Assembly (NCBI GenBank): GCA_041666745.1
Contig: JBAYGI010000006.1
Location: 3,474 to 67,473 of the forward strand
Length of the DNA stretch: 64,000 nucleotides
DNA from: Candidatus Magasanikiibacteriota bacterium
GTDB taxonomy: Bacteria; Patescibacteriota; Patescibacteriia; Magasanikbacterales; GWA2-37-8
Reading direction: 5' to 3'
Below the pieces are notes generated by a model that saw only the letters and a program-made list of their open reading frames with translations, was not told the origin of the DNA and made no database searches. Of this stretch, positions 48,434 to 59,506 are shown piece by piece; the first letter of the stretch is position 1; each line of letters starts with the position of its first letter. A program made the translations under genes and the position numbers.

Positions 48434-49095
48434 ATGGGTTAGTTATTTTCTATGGAAGTAATTATAGCAGATTATTAAACATAGTCAAGCAAAATTTTTT
48501 GAAAAAAAATAAGGGCGTAGTATCCCGATAAACATTGTTTTAAGGATCTCGCCCTTAAGGCGCTGTACATGGTGAGATAAGTCGTCGTATAGACGAAGCT
48601 ATCATCAGCCAAGACAGTAATACCTTCCGACCGCTTGATGGTATTACCTCAGGCATGAGTCTGACACAAAAGGTCAAACAAATGCAGAAAATTTGAGGTT
48701 ACCGGACAAGAAGTACAGATTCGCCACTACTACTTCAATGTATTTGTATAGCAGTTGTAAATCCACTTCTTTGAACTAAGCAGTTCGTAGGGTTATGTCC
48801 ACTGATAAGTGGACGTTTGAGTTGTAGTAAAGAACTACATAATTAGTATAACACGAGAAATGGGTTTTGTCAATAGGTTTGTATAGACTAGTGTATACAA
48901 ACAAGGTTTGTTTTGTAGTTAGCCAAAAAAATAGAGAGGGTGGCGGTATAAAAAAATTGTTATCCACATCTGGGTGTGGATATACACATAGTTATCCACA
49001 GTTTGTATAGAGTAGTGTATACAAAAACAAGATTGAAAGGTGTGGACAAGGGCGGTAAGGTTGACTTTTTGGGTGAAATATGGTAGTGTGCAGGC

Positions 49096-49278
49096 ATGCC
49101 TCTGCTATTACACGCGACAATCGCGTCTTCGGGCGGGGCGAAAGGCAGTATGTCGGTGTCATTGATCATTTTGATCACAGTTGCGCTCGGTTTCGGCTTT
49201 GGCGTGCTCATTTTTGGAGTGGTAAGGGCAGTACACGCCCAAGCGGTGAAAAACACCAAAGGAAGTGAGAGGGAATGA
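49096..49278 (+). CDS. 60-aa single-TM peptide on GC-rich island G
   Basis: TTGACT-17-TAGTGT promoter ends about 6 nt before the ATG (leaderless-like). Overlaps by ATGA a second 30-codon ORF at 49275-49367 that has a GAGAGGG RBS. Large hairpin terminator at 49337-49395. Confidence 0.3.
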   Translation: MPLLLHATIASSGGAKGSMSVSLIILITVALGFGFGVLIFGVVRAVHAQAVKNTKGSERE

Positions 49279-49433
49279 GTTGTCCTGCACACCCCCGTCG
49301 AGCGACTGCTCACGGGGTACACCTACGGCGAGGTAACAAAAAACCACCCGCACTACGCGAGTAGAAAAAGTATTTTCTATTCACGCGACGGGTGGTTTTT
49401 GTTTTGCCCGCCAAAGCCTTGGCGGAGGCGGGT

Positions 49434-51509
49434 TTATTTCTGTTTTCCAGTAATTATATTCTGGGCCACATTGTTTGGCACATCAGCGTAATGGCCGAAT
49501 TCCATTGAAGAACTGGCACGACCTTGACTCATAGAGCGCAAGGAAGTGACATATCCAAACATACTGGCGAGAGGCACGATTGCTTTTACTACCTTCATTT
49601 GACCACGGTCAAACATTTCTTGAATTTGTCCACGTTTTGAATTCAAATCTCCGATACAATCACCCATAAATGGTTCCGGGGTTACCACTTCTATTTTCAT
49701 TATTGGTTCCATGATTACTGGGTTGGCTTTTTTGCAAGCGGCTTGAAAGGCCATAGATCCCGCCATCTTGAAAGCCATTTCGGAAGAGTCGACTTCGTGG
49801 TATGAGCCATCAAAGACAGTTACTTTGATATCCACTACCGGATAACCGGCTTGAATACCGCGGGTCAAAGATTCTTTGACACCTTTTTCAATAGCTGGGA
49901 TAAATTCACGAGGAATCACACCGCCCTTAACATCGTCCACAAATTCAAAGCCTTTGCCAGCTTCTTGAGGCTCAACTTTGAGATAACAATGACCATATTG
50001 ACCACGGCCACCGGATTGTTTGATATACTTACCTTCAGCCTCAGCAGAAGTGCGAATAGTTTCCTTATAGGCAACTTGTGGAGCACCCACATTGGCTTCC
50101 ACTTTGAATTCGCGACGCATACGATCCACGATGATATCCAGATGTAGCTCTCCCATACCTTCGATGATGGTCTGTAAAGTTTCTTCATCAGTATGTACAC
50201 GGAAAGTAGGATCTTCTTCAGTGAGTTTTTGTAGAGCCATGCCGATTCTTTCTTGGTCAGCCTTAGTTTTTGGTTCAATGGCCACGGAAATAACCGGTTC
50301 CGGGAAGATGATTTTTTCTAAAACGATTGGTTTTTTTTCATCACAAAGAGTGTCTCCGGTAGTAATATCTTTTAAGCCAATTGCCGCGGCGATTTCACCT
50401 GAAAATACTTCAGTTAAATCTTCGCGATGGTTTGCATGCATACGAACGATACGTCCAAGACGGCTACGTTCACCACTGGTAGAGTTAAACAAATAACTGC
50501 CAGCAGAAACTTTACCGGAATATACACGGAAGAAAACCAATTTTCCGACGAATGGGTCGGTGGCAATTTTAAAAGCTAGCGCAGAAAAAGGTTCATCATC
50601 GGAAGGGTTGCGAATTTCTTCAGCTTCAGTTTCCGGATTAATTCCTTTGACTGGAGGTAAATCGGTTGGAGCCGGTAAATAACGGATTACCGCATCAAGC
50701 ATCATTTGTACGCCGATATTGGCTAGAGCTGAGCCACAAATTACCGGATACATTTCATTTTTTAAAGTGAGAATGCGAATGCCGGTGTGAATTTCATCAA
50801 TAGTAAGTGCTTCAGCGTTCAAAAACTTTCCCATTAGTTCATCGTTGGCTTCAGCGGCCTTTTCTACCATTTTGGCCCGGTATTCTTTTACTTTTTCTAC
50901 CATATCGGCTGGAATTGGAATTTCCACGATGTTTTCACCGTGTGCGCCTTCAAAATGATAGGCTTTTTCTTCTATCAAATCAATCAGCCCCTCAAAAGTA
51001 CTATCTGCACCGATTGGAAGTTGGATAGCAGTCGCTTTTCTAGACAAACGTTCTTGGATAGAGTCTAAACTCATGTAGAAATCTGCGCCAAGTTTGTCCA
51101 TTTTGTTTATAAATGGTACGCGTGGCACATTGTATTTGTCGGCTTGGTGCCAAACAGTTTCGGACTGTGGTTCTACACCCTGAGAGCCATCGAACACAGC
51201 TACAGCGCCATCAAGCACACGCAAAGAACGCTCTACTTCTACAGTAAAGTCCACGTGTCCAGGAGTATCAATAATATTGATGCGGTGGTCTTTCCAAAAA
51301 CAGGTAGTCGCGGCAGAAGTAATAGTGATACCGCGTTCTTTTTCCTGTTCCATCCAATCCATTTCGGCAGCACCTTCGTGCACCTCGCCGATTTTGTGTT
51401 TTTTACCGGTATAAAAAAGCACACGTTCTGTTGTTGTGGTTTTGCCGGCATCAATATGAGCGGCAATACCGATATTACGTGTTTTGTCTAGTGAATATTC
51501 ACGAGGCAT
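49434..51509 (-). CDS. fusA: elongation factor G
   Basis: GTPase G1-G5 motifs ([17 protein letters not shown]). Confidence 0.95.
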   Translation of the reverse strand: MPREYSLDKTRNIGIAAHIDAGKTTTTERVLFYTGKKHKIGEVHEGAAEMDWMEQEKERGITITSAATTCFWKDHRINIIDTPGHVDFTVEVERSLRVLDGAVAVFDGSQGVEPQSETVWHQADKYNVPRVPFINKMDKLGADFYMSLDSIQERLSRKATAIQLPIGADSTFEGLIDLIEEKAYHFEGAHGENIVEIPIPADMVEKVKEYRAKMVEKAAEANDELMGKFLNAEALTIDEIHTGIRILTLKNEMYPVICGSALANIGVQMMLDAVIRYLPAPTDLPPVKGINPETEAEEIRNPSDDEPFSALAFKIATDPFVGKLVFFRVYSGKVSAGSYLFNSTSGERSRLGRIVRMHANHREDLTEVFSGEIAAAIGLKDITTGDTLCDEKKPIVLEKIIFPEPVISVAIEPKTKADQERIGMALQKLTEEDPTFRVHTDEETLQTIIEGMGELHLDIIVDRMRREFKVEANVGAPQVAYKETIRTSAEAEGKYIKQSGGRGQYGHCYLKVEPQEAGKGFEFVDDVKGGVIPREFIPAIEKGVKESLTRGIQAGYPVVDIKVTVFDGSYHEVDSSEMAFKMAGSMAFQAACKKANPVIMEPIMKIEVVTPEPFMGDCIGDLNSKRGQIQEMFDRGQMKVVKAIVPLASMFGYVTSLRSMSQGRASSSMEFGHYADVPNNVAQNIITGKQK

Positions 51510-51540
51510 AGAGTTTGAAGTTTAATTTAATTGTTGTTTT

Positions 51541-52017
51541 TTATTTTGCAAATCTAGCAAAATGGGCAAAAGCTTTGTTGGCTTCAGCCATACGATGTAC
51601 GTCGTCGCGTTTTTTGATAGCATCACCAACACCTTGTTGGGCGTCAGCAATAACTGTGGCCAATTTTATATACATTGGCTGGCCTTTTTTGTTGCGAGCG
51701 GCATCAATGATCCAGCGAAAAGCCAAAGCATTTTGACGTTCACCACGAACTGGTAGTGGTACTTGATAGTTTGCACCACCAACACGGCGGGAGCGGACTT
51801 CTACCTGAGGGCGGATTGTGTTGATAGCCTCTTCAAAAATTTTAATTGGGTCTTTTTTGGTATCAGCGGCAATTTTATCCATTGCAGAATAAAAAATAGT
51901 TTGAGCCACTGATTTTTTGCCACGTTCCATCAAGAAGTTGGTGAATTTAGCCACCAATACGCTTCCATATTTTGGATCCGGAGCAATAACTCGTTGTTTT
52001 GATTGCTTTCCTCTCAT
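51541..52017 (-). CDS. rpsG: 30S ribosomal protein S7
   Basis: Conserved S7 sequence in str operon order. Confidence 0.95.
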   Translation of the reverse strand: MRGKQSKQRVIAPDPKYGSVLVAKFTNFLMERGKKSVAQTIFYSAMDKIAADTKKDPIKIFEEAINTIRPQVEVRSRRVGGANYQVPLPVRGERQNALAFRWIIDAARNKKGQPMYIKLATVIADAQQGVGDAIKKRDDVHRMAEANKAFAHFARFAK

Positions 52018-52050
52018 ATTTTATTAAATTCAAATTAGTAGGTGACTAAA

Positions 52051-52479
52051 TTATTTCTTGGCAGCTTTTGGACGTTTGGTGCCATACAAACTGCGACTGC
52101 GGCGACGTTTGTCGATACCTTGGGTATCATAAACACCGCGTACGATATGATATCGAACACCCGGTAAGTCTTTTACACGACCACCGCGCAAAAGCACGAT
52201 AGAGTGTTCCTGCAAAGAATGACCTTCACCTGGGATATAAGCGATAACTTCCATACCATTACTCATGCGAACCTTGGCTACTTTACGCAAAGCGGAGTTT
52301 GGTTTTTTTGGAGTAGTGGTGTAAACCTTGGTGCAGACACCTCTTTTGAAGGCACAGCCCTTGGCAAAAACGGTTTTACGGCGATGCAAGTTATCAATAG
52401 TAAACTGCAATGCCGGTACTTTTGTTTTTCGTACTTTACTAGTACGCCCCTTTTTTATCAGTTGATTTACTGTAGGCAT
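52051..52479 (-). CDS. rpsL: 30S ribosomal protein S12
   Basis: Start [12 protein letters not shown]. The ORF-track 5' extension was discarded. Confidence 0.95.
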   Translation of the reverse strand: MPTVNQLIKKGRTSKVRKTKVPALQFTIDNLHRRKTVFAKGCAFKRGVCTKVYTTTPKKPNSALRKVAKVRMSNGMEVIAYIPGEGHSLQEHSIVLLRGGRVKDLPGVRYHIVRGVYDTQGIDKRRRSRSLYGTKRPKAAKK

Positions 52480-52601
52480 AGTTGAATTAATTTGGCTAAT
52501 CTTAGATGATTTAGCGATATTTTTAATTAAAAAAACTGACCATATATAATCAGCCACGATTCTTCTGGTCTCTTTCGAGATAAAGCGTTAGATTTGCGCC
52601 C

Positions 52602-52637
52602 TGTCTCTAAGATCGTTCTAGGACAAATAGTATAACA
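52602..52637 (-). promoter_or_regulatory. str operon promoter TTGACA-17-TACTAT
   Basis: Seen directly on the minus strand upstream of rpsL. Confidence 0.5.
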
Positions 52638-52638
52638 G

Positions 52639-53889
52639 TTAAGCGGTTTTGTCAAGCGCACTTGTCCCGTTTTTCTTCTTAGTTGTTGGTTTGAATGGGA
52701 AAGATACAAAAAACTTGGTTCCGGCGTTTTCTTTTGATTCAAACCAGATCTTTCCACCAAGTTGTTCGGTAATAGACTTTACCATATACAGACCAAGTCC
52801 GGTACCGGTAATTTCTTTTGCCATCACGTTTTCTGCGCGGAAAAGCTTGGTAAATATTTTGTCTTTGGCCGAGGTTGGAATGCCATATCCGGTATCGGCC
52901 ACGGTTAACAAATACTCTTTTTTGTTTTGAGGTTCGATGTTTATTGTGGCACTGCCTTTGGCTGGCGTATATTTGATGGCGTTGGTGATCAGGTTTTGCA
53001 ACAACATGCGCATCATTTTTATATCCGAATTTATTTCCGGTAATTTAGCAGGGATATTTTTTTTAATATTTAATTTTTTATCTTCGATAGCGCTCGCGTT
53101 TTCTTTTTCTACTTCACCGATTAAATCAACAATATTGATTGGAACCAACTGAACGGACAGGGTGCCCAAATCCAAACGAGAAACATTGAGTAAATCATTT
53201 ACCATTTCTACCATGCGCTGGTTGCCATCATAAACTTCTTGAAGGTAATTTTTTTGTTCATCGTTGATTTGTCCGGCATCGCCTGATAATAACATTTCCA
53301 CATACCAATTGATAGTAGACAGCGGAGTGCGTAGTTGGTGTGAGGCCAAAAATACAAACTCACTTTTTATTTTGTCTATTTCCTTTTCTTGGGTGATATC
53401 GCGAAAAACCTCAATCGCGCCGATTATTTCGTTTTTTAATATTATCGGCATGGCGCTGATATATACAGCCAGATCCACATTATCTTTTCTGACAAAATGA
53501 TAATTTGAGGTGATTATTTTTTTTCTTTTGATTAAAGATGTATGCAATGGGTGTTTTTCTAGTGGGACATGTACTCCCTTTTCATCGGACAATAGGGAGA
53601 TGTCTCCTAATTTTTTCCCCATCATATCGTCTTTCCATGACAACATATCTCTCGCGGCCTGATTGAAGAAAATTATGATTCCGTTTTTGTCAGTAGCCAC
53701 TACACCATCACCGATACTGGCGAGCATCGCCTCTTCTTTCGCCTTGTCGTGTTCGCTTTTTATTTTTATTTTTTTAAATTCTTTTAGCAGTTGGCGAGAT
53801 TTGAAAGAAAGGTGTAAAAATAATACCAAAACCAACACCACAAAAGTGCCAGCGGAAAATAATATAAAATAAAAATAATTAAAAACCAT
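52639..53889 (-). CDS. PAS-domain sensor histidine kinase
   Basis: H-box FLASHQLRTPL plus N, G1 and G2 boxes. One N-terminal TM. Confidence 0.8.
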   Translation of the reverse strand: MVFNYFYFILFSAGTFVVLVLVLFLHLSFKSRQLLKEFKKIKIKSEHDKAKEEAMLASIGDGVVATDKNGIIIFFNQAARDMLSWKDDMMGKKLGDISLLSDEKGVHVPLEKHPLHTSLIKRKKIITSNYHFVRKDNVDLAVYISAMPIILKNEIIGAIEVFRDITQEKEIDKIKSEFVFLASHQLRTPLSTINWYVEMLLSGDAGQINDEQKNYLQEVYDGNQRMVEMVNDLLNVSRLDLGTLSVQLVPINIVDLIGEVEKENASAIEDKKLNIKKNIPAKLPEINSDIKMMRMLLQNLITNAIKYTPAKGSATINIEPQNKKEYLLTVADTGYGIPTSAKDKIFTKLFRAENVMAKEITGTGLGLYMVKSITEQLGGKIWFESKENAGTKFFVSFPFKPTTKKKNGTSALDKTA

Positions 53890-53890
53890 A

Positions 53891-55579
53891 TTAACGTGTT
53901 ACACTTATTGTTTCTCCATTTTCTGCTCCACAAGCCGTAATATTGATACGACTACCGGCAGTTTTACGCACAGCATAATAAGTTTTATTGGCTGATCCCA
54001 GTTTGGAATCAAACGGAATGGATGTAATGTAGTTGCTGACTAAGCTGGAAGTGAGATCAAGACAAGATGCTTCAGTGTTGGTGGGTGTAGAGGAAGAAAC
54101 GCTGCTTCCGCCGGCGGTGGTTTGGGTGCCTGAAATAGTTACACTTTTTAAATCCGGTGACACGCTACTGTTGGTTGTGTCAAAAAATGATTTATATTGA
54201 AAATATCTACCGGCTAGGTTGGATAAAGAAAAAGCTGGTGGTGGGTTTGGTGTGCTGTTATTAATGTCTGAAAAATAAGTGTTGGCAGTGCCGTCTGGTC
54301 CAACAAAAGTACCGTCGGAACAATCGGCAGTGGCACAGGCACGAACCTGGTGTTTTAAACTCAAAGCGCCGCGTTTGTACATATCAGAAATTTCGGTAGC
54401 GGATAAAACACGATTATAAATAGCGAAATCATCTAACCAACCATTAAAAAAAGAAGTTGTTCCTATATAACGAGCACCAAGATATACCGGCTGAGTTCCA
54501 AAATTATTGGTGCTGTTTGCATTATATCCCAAAGTGGAACCTGTAGTTTTTACTCCATTTATATACACTGAACATTCGTTGGTAGATAAACTTTTATCAT
54601 GAATAACCACCACATGATACCAAACATTAGCCTGTAAAACATTATCCGCTACCCAGTTAACATAAGAATTATTGCCTTTATGTCCAGCGTAAAACCCACC
54701 ACCATTTTGCAAACTAGCGATATAACTATCATTGCGATAATTATAATCAGATGACGCTTCATAAAGAATTTGCGTGGCTGGATTAGTTAAAGAATTTATT
54801 TTCATCCAAAAAACCACCGTTATCTTATTGGTATCAGAAACATTCACCGGACCGGTACTAGCATAATCATTCACACCGTCGAATCTCATTCCTTTGCCTA
54901 TCACTCCATCAGATTGATATGCCAACCCATTATAAGTAGTGGCGTTATTGTTATTGCCAGAAAAATCCTGCAATACTCCGCTTGTTTCATTCATGTGATA
55001 CAACAATTTATTCCCTGTCATATCTGCATTACCGGTTGAATAACCGGTTTCAATTTGAGCGTTACTAGGTAATTCTTTTCCAATTGGGCGATTAGGCACA
55101 AAAGCTAACGAAGCCCAAGTAGTAGCTAAACTAGCGTCTTTGATGCTAGACAAATATGTACCAGAAGTTCCGGAAGATAATTTTAATAAATTAGTATTTG
55201 TGTCATAAGTGGTATTATTGTTTGTGCCATTGAAGGTAGATTGATCGTTGTCAGTAAAAGCGACCGGGCCGGTTGTTCCGACAGTGCTTGTTCCACTGAC
55301 GCTTGTGGCACCACAAGCCACATTACATCCGGAGGTGTCAGTACCAAGCATGCGAAGATTTCCGTCTATACTAGTTGGGAACAATCCGTTGTTATCCAAA
55401 GAAAATTGATAAATTGCATTTAAAATAGAGCTAACATCCGATTGTCTGGCGGCATTTCTGGTCGCGCCCAGTTGTTTGCCCGGATTTATAGCAACAATAA
55501 CAATACCGGCTAATATAGCGATAGCGGCTACCACCAACAATATTTCTAGGAGGGTGAAACCGGAATTATTTTTGTCCAT
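53891..55579 (-). CDS. large type IV pilin-like protein with a LamG/ConA-like domain
   Basis: Prepilin N-terminus [21 protein letters not shown]. About 500-aa beta-rich C-terminus with a LamG-like core (VVFWMKINS...WYHVVV). Confidence 0.65.
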   Translation of the reverse strand: MDKNNSGFTLLEILLVVAAIAILAGIVIVAINPGKQLGATRNAARQSDVSSILNAIYQFSLDNNGLFPTSIDGNLRMLGTDTSGCNVACGATSVSGTSTVGTTGPVAFTDNDQSTFNGTNNNTTYDTNTNLLKLSSGTSGTYLSSIKDASLATTWASLAFVPNRPIGKELPSNAQIETGYSTGNADMTGNKLLYHMNETSGVLQDFSGNNNNATTYNGLAYQSDGVIGKGMRFDGVNDYASTGPVNVSDTNKITVVFWMKINSLTNPATQILYEASSDYNYRNDSYIASLQNGGGFYAGHKGNNSYVNWVADNVLQANVWYHVVVIHDKSLSTNECSVYINGVKTTGSTLGYNANSTNNFGTQPVYLGARYIGTTSFFNGWLDDFAIYNRVLSATEISDMYKRGALSLKHQVRACATADCSDGTFVGPDGTANTYFSDINNSTPNPPPAFSLSNLAGRYFQYKSFFDTTNSSVSPDLKSVTISGTQTTAGGSSVSSSTPTNTEASCLDLTSSLVSNYITSIPFDSKLGSANKTYYAVRKTAGSRINITACGAENGETISVTR

Positions 55580-55588
55580 TTAAAAAAA

Positions 55589-56029
55589 TTATCTAGTAAC
55601 ACTAATAGTTTTTCCTTGTTCTGCAGAAGGTGCGGAAACGGTAATGCGACCATTGGCACTTTGCAGTATCTTGTATCCAGTACCATTCGTACTTACACCA
55701 GTTGGATCGGTTGGAATAGCGGTTATATATGTCTCGTTGTTTGTCAAAACTGACAAATCTACCAACCCCGCACAACTACCGCCAGTTTTGCAAATTTCAG
55801 TGGCCGATTGAGTGATGCCGGCTGGTAAAACACCTTTGCTATCAATAGAATATTGGTAAACAGCATTTAAAATTGTATTTACATTTACTTGTCTTTGAGC
55901 ATTGCGAGTGTCGGCCAATTGTTTGCCTGGATTAATGGCGACGATTACGATACCAGCCAAAATTGCGATAGCGGCTACCACCAATAATATTTCCAAAAGG
56001 GTAAAACCTTTTTTGTTTACATTTTGCAT
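55589..56029 (-). CDS. type IV major pilin candidate
   Basis: [23 protein letters not shown]-terminus, 146 aa. TTAACC-17-TATAAT promoter upstream. Confidence 0.7.
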   Translation of the reverse strand: MQNVNKKGFTLLEILLVVAAIAILAGIVIVAINPGKQLADTRNAQRQVNVNTILNAVYQYSIDSKGVLPAGITQSATEICKTGGSCAGLVDLSVLTNNETYITAIPTDPTGVSTNGTGYKILQSANGRITVSAPSAEQGKTISVTR

Positions 56030-56106
56030 ATTTTGTAAGTGAATAATAAATTAATTAAATTATATTCTTTATTATAACACGTTTTAATTGTTGGGTTAAG
56101 ATGGTA

Positions 56107-56520
56107 TTAGAAAGACACCACCTCTTGCCAAGAACCGATTGTGATTTTTGGATCAATTTGGTTTACAACCGTCTTTACTTTTCTGATAACCGCGCCCACT
56201 TGTGAGGATGATTGTATTATTCTAGACTGTTCACCGCTGTTAATAATTTCATAATTACAAGCCTGGTTTCCAATTTGGGCGCTACCTACTCCAATCGTCG
56301 AAGAACACGTTTGTATTTTATTTAACGCCACCTCAACACAAGCATTGGCAGTGGCTTTGGCAGTATTTGATTGTTCCAAAACAAAACTATTTTGATAAGA
56401 ATATAATCCGGACAACACTAAATACAAAACTACCGCTGTACCAAAAGCACCGACGATCAAGACGCCGATCAAGACGGCAAAACCATTTTTTTCAAGGTTG
56501 TCGCAATGTAGCTGTGCCAT
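56107..56520 (-). CDS. pilus-associated protein with a prepilin-like N-terminus lacking Glu5
   Basis: KNGFAVLIGVLIVGAF. Start is uncertain (56520 versus 56559). Confidence 0.35.
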   Translation of the reverse strand: MAQLHCDNLEKNGFAVLIGVLIVGAFGTAVVLYLVLSGLYSYQNSFVLEQSNTAKATANACVEVALNKIQTCSSTIGVGSAQIGNQACNYEIINSGEQSRIIQSSSQVGAVIRKVKTVVNQIDPKITIGSWQEVVSF

Positions 56521-57013
56521 AAAAAGTTTGACTATAATTATATTCTGTTCTGCCGGCAATATTATTGTAGCTTAGTGTAAAATTTATTTTAATGGAATTG
56601 TGTGTGTTGTCCGGAGTTAAATTTAAAAACTGGAGATCACTTACGAGCAGGCTGTTTGAGGAAAGAGTTACTGTTTGACCGAGTTTGGTTTCGCGTAGTG
56701 TATTGCTCGAGATGTCAAAGGTAATATTTTGTCCGGAAAAATCTTGTAATTGTAGGGTTGTGCCACCAGATTCATTTGTCGGTGAAATAACTACCACCGA
56801 GTTTCTAATTTCTTGACTCAGGAGTTGAAGTATTTGGGCTCCTTGTTGTTCTACCATGTTGATAGTTTGGTTTTTTACTCTAGACTGAGTGAGTAGTGCA
56901 ATCATAGCGGTAATGGCCAATAACAAACCGGCGGCTATTACGGTATATAGCAAAAGTTCGATCAAAGTAAATCCACGACGGTTGTTTTTTAAATTGGATA
57001 TATTATATTCCAC
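56492..57013 (-). CDS. minor pilin (prepilin-type N-terminal methylation domain)
   Basis: RRGFTLIELLLYTVIAAGLL. A GTG start at 57013 gives a 14-aa leader. The ORF-track start at 57127 would give an implausible 50-aa leader. Confidence 0.5.
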   Translation of the reverse strand: MEYNISNLKNNRRGFTLIELLLYTVIAAGLLLAITAMIALLTQSRVKNQTINMVEQQGAQILQLLSQEIRNSVVVISPTNESGGTTLQLQDFSGQNITFDISSNTLRETKLGQTVTLSSNSLLVSDLQFLNLTPDNTHNSIKINFTLSYNNIAGRTEYNYSQTFYGTATLRQP

Positions 57014-57467
57014 AAAATTGTGTGCTAGTACCAGCGCTTGTTGCCGTGCGCCAATCGGTGAATAGTGTCGAAAATGATACAGATACCTGATTGCCACCGG
57101 ATTGTTTCCAAGAAACTTGGGAAACAACCTGTTTGGTTTGAGAATTTATATCGGCAATAGTCAAGGTGCGAGTGAATTCGTTTATGATGTCCGGTTGGTT
57201 GGTGAAATTCCATTTGTTGTTTGCTATTAGGCCGTGTTCACCAACAGTAAGATTGGCAAAATTTTCATCTCGAATACTGCGAACTGCTTCGACTCCTTCT
57301 TCCGCCAAAAAAATAGCGCGACTTCGTTGCCCGGCACGCAGAGTGCTTTCTTGACTAAAACCCAGCACCCCCAAAAAAGCCAAAGCAAACATTCCTAGTA
57401 GACCACTGGATAAAATAATTTCTATCAAAGAAAACCCGTTTGGTTTTTTGTTTTTTGAGTTTAGCAT
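57003..57467 (-). CDS. minor pilin, PilV-like
   Basis: PNGFSLIEIILSSGLL. Confidence 0.6.
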   Translation of the reverse strand: MLNSKNKKPNGFSLIEIILSSGLLGMFALAFLGVLGFSQESTLRAGQRSRAIFLAEEGVEAVRSIRDENFANLTVGEHGLIANNKWNFTNQPDIINEFTRTLTIADINSQTKQVVSQVSWKQSGGNQVSVSFSTLFTDWRTATSAGTSTQFCGI

Positions 57468-57471
57468 AGCA

Positions 57472-57918
57472 TCACGGTGTATTTATTGTACCCACTTCGT
57501 TGATACTTAGTTGTGATTGGCGACCGTCTTGGTGTTCCAATTTTATTGTTCCAATCACGTTGGGTATTCCAGATAGTGGAGAGAAAACTATTTCTGACAA
57601 TCCGGAAATATTTATAGTATTTGGCAAAGAAAAGGTTTCGTCAAATGCCTGATCGCGATTGGCAAAATCTTGTCCTTTAAAAATGATTAATGATCCGCTT
57701 TTTATTTCTACTCCCCAAGCTGAGTCACTGTCGACTGCCTGTGATTTCAATTGCGCTCGGTGCAAAATGTCACCAACCGTGGTATTGGTAATATTCATTT
57801 CGTTTTCTGCCTGCAAAGATAAATACATTGGTGCGGCGACCGCTGCTAGCACACCCATCAGGGCAACCACTAAAAGTAGCTCCAAAAGCGTAAAGCCATT
57901 TTTATTTTTTTTATACAT
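57472..57918 (-). CDS. minor pilin, GspH/FimT-like
   Basis: Start MYKKNKNGFTLLELLLVVALMGVL at ATG 57918. Confidence 0.6.
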   Translation of the reverse strand: MYKKNKNGFTLLELLLVVALMGVLAAVAAPMYLSLQAENEMNITNTTVGDILHRAQLKSQAVDSDSAWGVEIKSGSLIIFKGQDFANRDQAFDETFSLPNTINISGLSEIVFSPLSGIPNVIGTIKLEHQDGRQSQLSINEVGTINTP

Positions 57919-57922
57919 AATT

Positions 57923-59497
57923 TTAGAATGTGGACGAAGCGGTCTGGATATATTGCGCACTGACCCAACCATATTGATCAGGTGACAAAACAATTTGATA
58001 CCAACCGTCTTGAATACTTATGTACTCAAATTTTTCTCCAATAGAAGCTTTTCTCACCAATTCAGATTTTGATGATGGTGCTGTGCGGATATTCAAAAAA
58101 CCAACTTTATTTTGTGATACTTCCAAAAATCCTGTTGTTGGTATGTTTGGGGTGGAAGTTGAAACAACCGTCCCTTGAGTTCCGATAATTATGACAGTGC
58201 TAGTATTTTGCACTACCGGCGTAGTGGTGACAAACAAAATTGTTGTAGTGGAAGTATTGGACAAAGTGGACGTAGAGGAAATAGTAGATGTTGTAAAAGC
58301 GGTAGAACTGGCGATAAACAAGTTTGGTTTTGGAGGAGAAATTTGCACTGAATTTGAAGTATTGTTGTCTTGAGGTTTTTGATTTAGTCCGCCCACCAAA
58401 CTGTAAATTGGTAAAATTACTGCCATCGCTACCGCCACTACCCCAAGCCAAACTATCACCAATAGTAGTGGTTCCAAAATTACGCTTAAATTTTTGGTGG
58501 TTAATTCGGTTTTGCTTTCATAATTTTCGCTGATATTCAAAAATATTTTTCCCAATCTGCCGGAGCGCTCACCAACCGCGATTAAACTCTGAATAGTAGT
58601 CGGAATAAGTTTTCGAATATGTTTATTGGCACGGAAACATTCTTCAAAAGATTTTCCTTCTTCCACCCCCTCTTTGAGTTGTACATATATTTTTCCATAC
58701 GCGCGCAAAGTGCCGGATTCTTTTAATGAGTTTAGGGCTTCGGTTACTGGCAACCCCGCTTCAAGCAAAGTACCCATGATATAGCCAAAACGCGCCAACT
58801 CCACTTCGCGAATGAGATTTTTGATTCCCGGAATAGAAAATAAAATCGCCTGACCGATAAATTTTGTTTTTTGATAGAAAAATAAAAAGTAGAAAAAAAT
58901 AATAACACCAACGATAAAAGATGGGACTACTACCGATCCATAGCGTGATAAAAATCCGCCAAAACTCATGAGCAATCTGGTAACTAGTGGAAGTTTTAAA
59001 TTTAGTTGGCTAAAAACCGTAGAAAGTTTTGGTAATATAAACCAAGCAATTCCGATACCCACAGTCATGGCCACGCCCATCACAAACACCGGATACATCA
59101 TGGCCGCTCGTATTTTGGATTTAAATGATCGGCTTTTGGATTGTTGAATGACCACAACCGCCAAACTTTCATGTAATCTGCCGCTGTCTTCGCCGATTTT
59201 AATCAAAGATATAATATGTGGAGGTAATAGTTTGGTTTTTTCCAAAGCTTGCCACAAACTAAAACCGGAATTGATATTTTCTACTAATTCGTCAATTATG
59301 TTTATAAGTTTTGTGGACTTTACTTCGGCTTTGATAGCTGTCAGCGCTTCGATAATATCCATGCCGGAAGCCAAAAGCATGGATAAGTTTTCTACAAAAT
59401 ACACGCTTTCTTCAGCAAAACCAAAAGTAAAAGACAAAGCACCACTTTTCTTTTTTGGAGGAGTTATCTTATTTTTTATTACTTTATCCGGTTTCAT
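57923..59497 (-). CDS. pilC: type IV pilus platform protein PilC/GspF with a C-terminal Ser/Thr-rich linker and an SH3b-like domain
   Basis: Two GspF repeats. C-terminal GFLNIRTAPSSKSELVRKASIGEKFEYISIQDGWYQI is SH3_3-like. Confidence 0.75.
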   Translation of the reverse strand: MKPDKVIKNKITPPKKKSGALSFTFGFAEESVYFVENLSMLLASGMDIIEALTAIKAEVKSTKLINIIDELVENINSGFSLWQALEKTKLLPPHIISLIKIGEDSGRLHESLAVVVIQQSKSRSFKSKIRAAMMYPVFVMGVAMTVGIGIAWFILPKLSTVFSQLNLKLPLVTRLLMSFGGFLSRYGSVVVPSFIVGVIIFFYFLFFYQKTKFIGQAILFSIPGIKNLIREVELARFGYIMGTLLEAGLPVTEALNSLKESGTLRAYGKIYVQLKEGVEEGKSFEECFRANKHIRKLIPTTIQSLIAVGERSGRLGKIFLNISENYESKTELTTKNLSVILEPLLLVIVWLGVVAVAMAVILPIYSLVGGLNQKPQDNNTSNSVQISPPKPNLFIASSTAFTTSTISSTSTLSNTSTTTILFVTTTPVVQNTSTVIIIGTQGTVVSTSTPNIPTTGFLEVSQNKVGFLNIRTAPSSKSELVRKASIGEKFEYISIQDGWYQIVLSPDQYGWVSAQYIQTASSTF

Positions 59498-59506
59498 TGG
59501 ATAAAA

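Noticed and set aside
52527-52760. ORF 52527-52760 and the 5' extension of the rpsL ORF to 52557
   Set aside because: The conserved S12 N-terminus MPTVNQLI fixes the start at 52479. The upstream stretch contains the str promoter.
56492-57127. Full 211-aa ORF-track extent for the minor pilin
   Set aside because: It would give a 50-aa leader before the G|FTLIE cleavage motif. Prepilin leaders are short. A GTG start at 57013 is more plausible.
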